Source: Savitreella phatthalungensis
Taxonomy: Eukaryota
Length of the DNA stretch: 64,000 nucleotides
Reading direction: 5' to 3'
Assembly (NCBI GenBank): GCA_051599415.1
Contig: AP039697.1
Span: 62,001-126,000 of the forward strand
Shown one piece after another: positions 55,605-64,000 of the stretch. The notes under the pieces were generated by a model. It was given only the letters and a program-made list of their open reading frames with translations, was not told the origin of the DNA and searched no databases. The translations under genes and the position numbers were made by a program. Within the stretch, counting starts at the first letter, position 1. Each line of letters starts with the position of its first letter.

Positions 55605-56098
55605 GAAATGATCAAATTGCCTGATTTGTTATTTGAGATACGATCCGACCTGGGATTGACTTGACTACGTGGCAGTATCCAAATCATAGTACCACACAAG
55701 ACGTGCATATTCATAGCATGCACTCCTTAATGTGTATCGAAGATAGATAGATCGATTGATGTGCCCAATTCTATTATAAGTTATATTATTCCAATTGAAT
55801 TCTGTGATTTGACCTCTGATCACTACTATATATAGTATACTATATCGAATACTGATATCTGAAATGACAGCGTATAATCTAATTAATCTATATTTCAATT
55901 TATATATGTCTAATTGAGTGAAATAAGCTTACTCTAATTAGCTTTAGCCCTTATGTGCTGTTGGTCAGCCAAGCGGGTCAGTTCAGTCAGTCTCTGCACG
56001 CAATACACAGACTCACACACCCACCCACACAGAGCCACACACCTGCACGCGCAGACAAACCATTCAGCGATTCAGCGATTCAGCGCGACACTACGCGA

Positions 56099-56099
<1 letters not shown>

Positions 56100-56146
<47 letters not shown>
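56100..56146. repeat. (CA)n microsatellite upstream of ARF1
   Basis: About 23 CA units read directly. Confidence 0.95.
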
Positions 56147-56150
<4 letters not shown>

Positions 56151-56347
56151 GCACACCAACCACATTCACACACGCACACACACGTACTCTGCTTCTCCTT
56201 CTCTCTCAACCAGCCGAGGAATCACATTCTACTGCGGAGGTCACTCCAGTCACTCCCGTGTACCCATCCAGTCTCTGGCTCAGCAAGTCATAGAAAATCT
56301 GCACCAGAAGCTCGCATCTCATCCCTCATACATACACATCAATAGCC

Positions 56348-57282
<935 letters not shown>

Positions 57283-59026
57283 ATTTGTCACCTTTTCCAA
57301 GCAGTCAGAGTGCTGTAGAACTAGCCTGGCAAGAGGTTAATGAAGAAAAAGAGAAAGACACACCCATCATCATCTGCTTCACACATCTCGTTTCATACCT
57401 GACCAGTAACAATCTTCCCACGACGCATTGCACCGCAATGGACGAAGTCACTTCAGTCACCCAATCGTCCCACCCATTCCCCCCAACACATGCCCTTTCC
57501 AAAGCCATCAACTCCTTCCTTAGAGCACAAGGCAGCAATTGAACAATCACGTCATGCACCTCCTTTTTCCCATCTGCAACGTCATCAATGTGTGCGACAC
57601 ACGCTCCGGCCAATCTGTCAGTCCATGCCACTGTCTGCCGGTCTCGTCTACTCTGCATATCTTTTATCGTTCACGTGCAACAATAGCTTGTTTGCTGGAT
57701 GACCAAGAAGCGCCTATTATTCAATACGACAGCGGCAGAGAGCCAAGTGGATGTCTGTGCGCCTTTGCCATCTGAAGACTTGTATGTTCATTATTGTTGT
57801 GCGTGTGATACCCTTTCCTCCATCCACATCGAACCACCAGCTAGCCTTGAGCAAGAGCCGATCAGTATTCATACTCTATGCACTCTCATTTCCATGCCAT
57901 GTGCTGCTTGTTTGACATAGGTACCGCTCATACAGAAACTGAGACCCAAACTGAGCCTGTACAATTGCAATCTTCGCCTTCTAACGAAATGACTGACTCA
58001 TCAAACGTATGTTGGCATGATTCAAAAGACTTAAAGGTATAGGCGTATGCTTAGCAAGATTTGCACGCATATACTCAAGTTGTCGGAAGAGGCGGCACTC
58101 CGGTCAAGTCAGTTGAGAACGCCCAGACGGCTAGTCACGGGGAGATCGATCGATTGCCACGATCTTATAAAAAGATATGTTGACACATCGAAACACGTGA
58201 CGCACCACGACCCACGACGTCGCCTCAGAATCAGTCAACGTGGTAAGGTAACTTGTGCTCAATTCATCGGGACTGCATAACCGTGTACTCATCATTGACT
58301 CCATGTGGGCTATCTCCTCAAATGCTCAGACCACATGCTCGTCTTCGAGAATGGAATGATATGACATGAGGTGCATAGCCAACATATTCGATCACTATGT
58401 CACCTTCATCGGCTTGTTGAGCCGCTCTGTAATAACCTGTACTACCTCACTCAGACGTGTTGTTGCTATCTAAAAAGATAGCCATGGACGCTTCACAGGA
58501 TTACGTGATTACCCAGCTATACTTGCCAAAGCCACTCTGCTTGCCTAACAATACTCAATATGCTCTCTTGGTGATACATGCCAGGCATCTCCCGGCCTGT
58601 GTCGAGAGCGCAACCCGGCCACCTGACACACCGACTCACACACTCTGCTACATCTCAAGCAATCATCTTCCCATCTTCTGCTCATCTACCTCAACGAGAC
58701 CCGCTATTTTCCTCTTAGAGCCCTGCAGGAAACGCCGTATCATCCGCCGGCTATCCACTCACCTCATAAAGACTCTGTCCTTCATTCTCCCTGAAAGACA
58801 GCACGTACCTGGCTTACATCCGCCCACGCGTCTGCCTCATTAGCCTGCTAGACAAACAGACTGAGCATCAGGACAAAAATCATCCGCCTGTCTGATCACC
58901 TCCCCTGTTCCCAAGAACGACCGAACAACCATCCTTACCACCGCTGTGCAGTATCCATAAATTACGATACCTACCTACGAACTTTGCCTAACATAACAAT
59001 TCATCTAGACCGTCGGACAAGTCCTC

Positions 59027-60550
59027 ATGGTCTCTCTTCTCTGGCCGCTCCTGATGGCTGGCCGTCCTGGACTGGCAGCACCTAAGAAGGGATTTCCGTT
59101 CTCGCTACCAGCTGGTTTTGACTGGGGCGGGATTGGAGGACAGTCCGGATCGCAGTCAAAGAGTCACGCGCAGCAATCCGACTGGTGGGCTCATATGACA
59201 ATCGATCAGACTCAGCACGAGAGTCGAAGCACCTCTGTGAGGAGCCTAGACGGCCAAGTGCTCTCATCCTCCCAGCAGGACAAATCTCAAGAACTACACG
59301 CCTCTATCGATATAGGTCCTGACTCGATCGAGGCACTCTACATCGTGCAGAGCTTGCTTGCACCCGATGGAGGGCTTCGCACGGGCGACTTGACAAACGA
59401 TGACCAGCCCATGGACGAGTCAGAGCTCTCCCCGCAAGGTGTCCAATTTCTCCAGGTGGTCAAGATCGCCATCCAGTGGCAAACCATCGCTATCAGTTCT
59501 CGTAATACTTCCACCACCATCACTGTGGACGCCGGCACAACTCAATTTGTGGTCAATGGTGAATCGACACCGACACCGACACCTTCTGTGGCGCCGGCGA
59601 CCGTCAAGACGTCTGCCCCTGTCTCCAGTGGTGCCAATAGCCTGGCATTGGTTGCAGCGTCCGGATCTGGAACGGCCTCAGGCCCGAGCGCCACTCCGTC
59701 ATCTGTGTCGACGGTGCCAACACCAACGCCAACGCCATCGCTCTCGGCCGGCGAAACCCCATCAAGCCCTGCGACATATGCTGTCACTTCGACTTTGCCA
59801 AAATCTACCCCTTCCTTTGATCCAGGACAGGCCTTCTCTTTGAAGTGCCCAAACTCGACCGACTTCCTGTTTGACAACTGGAAACAGCTCATACAAGACC
59901 TCGTCGGCGACAGGTATGTGACTCTCCCGACCAACGACGGCTCCTATTGGCACGTGTGTCTGCCTTACGTTGGAGAATCCCGACAGACTGGAATTGGCCG
60001 CGGGGGCGAAGGTGGAAGTAGTGCTCCGAGCTCTGCCGATGCGCCGACTGCACAAAGTGCGGCATTTGCCAAGGCAGTAGAGAAGTATAAGCAGATGCTG
60101 CGTCAAGTAGATCACAGCGGATCTCACCCTTCAAGCCTTCCAACGCATACGCACACTTCTAAGAGCCATCCACCGGGCGTCAAGAGGGCCGCCACATCAT
60201 CCACATCCGTTGCCCAAGCTGCCAATCTCGATAGCACGACCGCAGCTTACGACACATTCCAATGCTACCTGTACACATCTGCGGGTAAGGGCAGAAGAGA
60301 GTACCCAATCTTTGGAGGAGCTTTTGAGATCGAGCCTGCCAAGTACTCTGACGGTTACACTTCGCCGTCGACAGGCAAATTCCAAAAGTTCGCCCCGGAC
60401 TACGAAGTCTGGGTACCAGTGGCGTTTACCAAAGGCTCAGATACTTGTTGCATCAAGTACCAGCAGAAGGAGGAACCGCCTTATCCAGTCGCAGTCGCTC
60501 CTTGCGACGCCAGCAGCAGCAGCAACAACAACAAACACTCGTCCAACTAG
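59027..60550 (+). CDS. Putative secreted protein with Ser/Thr/Pro linker and Cys-containing C-terminal region; no recognised family
   Basis: 507-aa ATG ORF, signal-like MVSLLWPLLMAGRPGLAAP, PT-repeat linkers, six Cys in the C-terminal half. Confidence 0.7.
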   Translation: MVSLLWPLLMAGRPGLAAPKKGFPFSLPAGFDWGGIGGQSGSQSKSHAQQSDWWAHMTIDQTQHESRSTSVRSLDGQVLSSSQQDKSQELHASIDIGPDSIEALYIVQSLLAPDGGLRTGDLTNDDQPMDESELSPQGVQFLQVVKIAIQWQTIAISSRNTSTTITVDAGTTQFVVNGESTPTPTPSVAPATVKTSAPVSSGANSLALVAASGSGTASGPSATPSSVSTVPTPTPTPSLSAGETPSSPATYAVTSTLPKSTPSFDPGQAFSLKCPNSTDFLFDNWKQLIQDLVGDRYVTLPTNDGSYWHVCLPYVGESRQTGIGRGGEGGSSAPSSADAPTAQSAAFAKAVEKYKQMLRQVDHSGSHPSSLPTHTHTSKSHPPGVKRAATSSTSVAQAANLDSTTAAYDTFQCYLYTSAGKGRREYPIFGGAFEIEPAKYSDGYTSPSTGKFQKFAPDYEVWVPVAFTKGSDTCCIKYQQKEEPPYPVAVAPCDASSSSNNNKHSSN

Positions 60551-60647
60551 ACAGTCTCCAAGAGGACATCATCGCTTGCTGGGTGAGCACTTCAGACTTT
60601 GCTTAATCTTTCACAACCTTCAGTAATCTTTCGTGAGTCCTGGCTAA

Positions 60648-61208
60648 TCAACCATTGTACGCCCTGCTTACTTTGCAATTGTCGCCGCTGTAGCCTTCGA
60701 TGCCGCTTGAGTCTCCATTAGTAGACTTCCTGACACTGATCGATGGGTCTTCGATTGATAAATGGCCGTTCGTCGTGCGGATTGCCCTGAGCCGTGTGCT
60801 CCCGATCGTGACAATGATCTCTGCTGGAACATCCTCACCAGAGATCATCGTCTGTGAACCGAAAGAGCATGCATTCACTGGACAGATGTGAGTATCTGTC
60901 AAGACATTTGCCTTGCCTGTAACAGCAGAACGATTGAACAAGCCGTTCGAAGAGATGTCATCGCTCCCGCCATTCGATGACAAGGTATCTTTGATGATTT
61001 CAGCCGTAGCCGTTGAGATTCCATAAATCACTTCTTTACCTTCAACGCCGCCATCAAACTAAGGCGCCAAACATCCCGCCGCTGTAGTATCATCTGCTAG
61101 TACCCAAGAGGTCGATTGGCTTGCAACAACTCTGCAGACCACGAGCCCCAGGACAGCTAAGTGCAGAGCGCTTCCGCCAGTACAGAGACCGTAGAAATGA
61201 CATACCAT
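60648..61208 (-). pseudogene. Small secreted 4-Cys family member (copy A) with in-frame TAG
   Basis: ATG 61208 and hydrophobic leader, then WVLADDTTAAGCLAP*FDGG...VIYG. TAG 61059..61061 is in frame with the 60648..61031 ORF. GLFNR has CGT where paralogs have Cys. Confidence 0.6.
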
Positions 61209-61520
61209 AGATTTCTTGAGATAGCTATACTCCCTGGGCAGAAGGAGACGTGTCGCTGTGGGATGACATGATTGACTACCGCTCACACAAACCCGATCAA
61301 GCCATTTGTAGGCGACGTGACCATGCTCCGACCGTACCAATCCGAGTCCTTCCGAGCCATGAAACATGTGGAAGCTATCTATGATTTTCAAACGCGTTCA
61401 AGAAGTCTTTACTCCACAGATCCCCACCCGCATACACGTGAAAGCGCTCACCTGACTCCAGACATGACGACAATGATGTCATGTATGTTTTCGCACTTTG
61501 ACTACGCCTGAAGCATCCGA

Positions 61521-62003
61521 CTACGAGAATGCCGAAACCACCTGACAATCACTGCTATTCGCCAGTCCGCTACCGGCCTTGCCCGTAAAAAAGAGTTGAG
61601 CAAACGCTGCCTTTGCCAGCCCATCGTCACCTTCACCTTGTGGAGATACACTTGCGTACAGCCTGCCTGGTGGCGTTGGCACATGAAGTGCAGCTGCCGC
61701 ACCGGCCAACGCCTCTGATCCGGCTTTGTAAGCTGCGATATCGCATGCCCACCTACCATCGTCCTCCGCAGTGCAGGTGAACAGTCCTGTCGGAATGTTC
61801 CGCACACTCCCAGGACTCGTGTCCCCAGGCGCAGAAACAGCATTTGCGACTAGCTGAAGCGTGTCCAAGCTAGCCCCGTACACCTCGCTCCCAATCTCGC
61901 ATCCGCCAGCGACGTCCCCCGGCAGGGACCATTGTTGCCCAGCAGCTTTACCACTCAAGACTGCAAGGCAGAGGGACAGTTGGATTGAAAGTACTGAGAT
62001 CAT
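61521..62003 (-). CDS. Small secreted 4-Cys protein (copy B), candidate effector
   Basis: 160 aa, signal peptide MISVLSIQLSLCLAVLSGKAAG, then WSLPGDVAGGC...VYG...GLFTC...WACDIAAY...SDCQV. Confidence 0.75.
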   Translation of the reverse strand: MISVLSIQLSLCLAVLSGKAAGQQWSLPGDVAGGCEIGSEVYGASLDTLQLVANAVSAPGDTSPGSVRNIPTGLFTCTAEDDGRWACDIAAYKAGSEALAGAAAALHVPTPPGRLYASVSPQGEGDDGLAKAAFAQLFFTGKAGSGLANSSDCQVVSAFS

Positions 62004-62391
62004 GAGGAAAGGTTCCGATGGATCTTGAATAGCTCTTCAAGGCCGGTACAGCTGCTTTTATACCCCACGATCAGGACATCGCCTTTGCAAGATCCCGCTC
62101 GGTAGCATCATTGTGAAAAGGTTGGGAACTCTTCCCCTCAGAAGACCTGGACCGCTGACCTTTACAGCATGGTCTCCCGCAGTTCTGACCCCACATGGCA
62201 TATGAGACGTTCGGCGTGAACGCTACCGACTGAAGCACTGGCTGTTTCGAAATCCCAGCACCGGATCGACACGCTTGATTGCTCTTTCGCATGGACGCCA
62301 CATCCCCACGCATCTTCATTCAGACATTCTCTCGCGCAATTTTTGAAGCAATTCGTCTACTCTGGTCCCACATTTCCCCTCAATTCGAGCG

Positions 62392-63327
62392 CTACGAGAA
62401 CTCGGGATCAGCTTGACACTCCCGACTCCAGATCTCGCCCTTGTCCTTGTGCCCTCCAACGCCATCCGACTTGCCATTTTGGGCGTGGTGGAGAGTGATA
62501 TTGGAGAACTTGACTTTGGCTGCACTTGCAGCGCGGCCAGTGACTGTGTGACGGTGAACGTTCAAGTGGATCTTGGCCGGCGGATCGACCATGTCATCCT
62601 TGTGGGCAGGACCTTCGTCAGGGTGCCGCCTCGACCACAGAGCATCCCCAGGCCACGCCGCCAGCTCGCACTCCCATGCAGCTCCGCCAGTCTCGCCACC
62701 GCTCACGGCGTCCCGACATTCCCACAATCCGCTTGCAGGACCCCCAAGCCTACCGCCCCCAGAAGCATACTTCACCTTCGCCACAAGCGACCCGACCTCC
62801 TTGCGCGGCGCGCCGTACACGACTGCAGCAGTGTGGATCGGTCGACCGGTCTCCACTGGCGTGGCTGATAGGTGAGGGTGATGTGTTAGGCCGGGATCAT
62901 GCGTTGGGGTCGGGGTCGGGGTCGGCTGGTCTGAGGGGAGTGCTCGCTTGTGAGGGTGTCCGTCGTGGTGGTGGGTGATGGCATCATCCTCGTCAGGCCG
63001 CTCGTGCAGCTCGCTACCCTTCATGCCCGCCTGGATCCCACCATCGCTCACACCGTCACCATCTCCAGCCCTACCGCCCTCGGAATTGTCGCCCCCGAAC
63101 TTTCTACCATCGTCTTCAACGCGGCAGCCGACGGCTAAGTTGGCAGGCAGCGTCCACGCAAAATCACCCCCATCGTCGGGGGGATCGAGATCAAACGCGT
63201 GCGAGTGCCCATACTCATGTCCATGTGATGACGAAGGTGAAGGCGTGGGATCGGTGGCGGCTGGTGGGTGACTTTGCACACCGATCGCCGAGTACGCAAG
63301 AATGAACGAGATTGCAGAGACAAGCAT
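62392..63327 (-). CDS. Secreted 4-Cys family protein (copy C) with His/Asp/Gly-rich and PT-repeat insertions
   Basis: Likely ATG 63327 (MLVSAISFILAYSAIGVQS, signal peptide), 311 aa; WTLPANLAVGC...VVYG...GLWEC...WECELAAW...SRECQA. Confidence 0.72.
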   Translation of the reverse strand: MLVSAISFILAYSAIGVQSHPPAATDPTPSPSSSHGHEYGHSHAFDLDPPDDGGDFAWTLPANLAVGCRVEDDGRKFGGDNSEGGRAGDGDGVSDGGIQAGMKGSELHERPDEDDAITHHHDGHPHKRALPSDQPTPTPTPTHDPGLTHHPHLSATPVETGRPIHTAAVVYGAPRKEVGSLVAKVKYASGGGRLGGPASGLWECRDAVSGGETGGAAWECELAAWPGDALWSRRHPDEGPAHKDDMVDPPAKIHLNVHRHTVTGRAASAAKVKFSNITLHHAQNGKSDGVGGHKDKGEIWSRECQADPEFS

Positions 63328-63642
63328 CTTTGTCTGTTCACCGACGCAGGGCACCGACCATGGTCTTATATCGTCTCTGATCCCCATCTCGAGGAGCCTG
63401 ACATCGACCACCGGATGCTGCGTCACGCGAATCTTGCGAAACCCAACTCCCGAAGACCACACACTCGCATGACGACCTCGAATAACCACGCAAGATCCCG
63501 ACAGGTCACTCTCTTCACTTAAGATCTATCGGATTCCCGAAATCGCACAGTTCACAAACACGCGCTTCCACCCGCTCGATTACTACACCTCCACCGCGAG
63601 ATACCTCCCCACACCATCCGATCACGCGCGGCACATGACCTT

Positions 63643-64000
63643 CTACCCGTACGCTTTTCCCGAGCCTCCGTATTTGGTAGGTACTGCACAGCCGCCACCT
63701 GCTTGGTAACCTTGGTTGTCGACGACAGTGGTGTTGGTGATGGTGTAGGCGTTTGCGGTTGGGGTGACGGTGGTTTTGACCATGTACATGCCGAGATACC
63801 GATTACTCGCTTCCAAGAGGCACTCCCAGCCACCTGTCGCCCCCGCTTCCGTACACCAGTAGTACGACACCCGTTTAGGTCCTCCCGTGTTTGTCGTCAG
63901 CGCAATACCGAGAGACACCAAGGTCGTACCAGACACAATCACCTTGCCACCGCTCGCGTCACACCACAGGTCCTCAGCCGATGGCGTGTCCGATGGTGTT
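63643..64000 (-). CDS. 5'-truncated small Cys-containing protein, probable divergent member (copy D) of the same array
   Basis: Frame open to the window edge: TPSDTPSAEDLWC...YYWCTEAGATGGWECLL...GGGCAVP. Same strand and similar C/C/WxC/C spacing. Confidence 0.55.
   Translation of the reverse strand, partial: TPSDTPSAEDLWCDASGGKVIVSGTTLVSLGIALTTNTGGPKRVSYYWCTEAGATGGWECLLEASNRYLGMYMVKTTVTPTANAYTITNTTVVDNQGYQAGGGCAVPTKYGGSGKAYG

Noticed and set aside
55953..56345. His/Thr-repeat ORFs upstream of ARF1
   Set aside because: Translation artefact of the (CA)n microsatellite.

Overview
Gene-dense eukaryotic (fungal) DNA. Most genes are single-exon; the introns I could trace are mostly short (44-64 nt) GT-AG introns with CTRAC-type branch sites. 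This architecture and the protein content suggest a yeast-like ascomycete, plausibly Taphrinomycotina (inference only). The left 27 kb is housekeeping: Erv29/SURF4, Ifa38, UBE2S, Rad10/ERCC1, Sas10, Tsc10, a Tgl3-like patatin, Msh5 and GH17 Bgl2. The main finding is a compact galactosaminogalactan (GAG)-type exopolysaccharide locus at about 32.7-52.2 kb. It has a secreted spherulin-4/GH135 (Sph3-like) hydrolase, a Uge3-like UDP-hexose/HexNAc 4-epimerase with an approximately 670-aa disordered tail, and a divergently transcribed approximately 3000-aa multi-pass GT4 synthase (Gtb3-like). No recognisable Agd3 deacetylase or stand-alone Ega3 gene is in the window, and two unrelated genes (a thioesterase and an AsaB/CmcJ-like oxygenase) lie inside the locus. 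Other points of interest are a GH28 endopolygalacturonase broken by one in-frame TAA that sits inside a possible 33-nt mini-intron, and a tandem array of divergent small secreted 4-Cys proteins at the right end (candidate effector family, one copy apparently pseudogenised). No rRNA, tRNA, CRISPR array or recognisable transposon was seen. All family calls come from motif recognition by eye; no database search was run.
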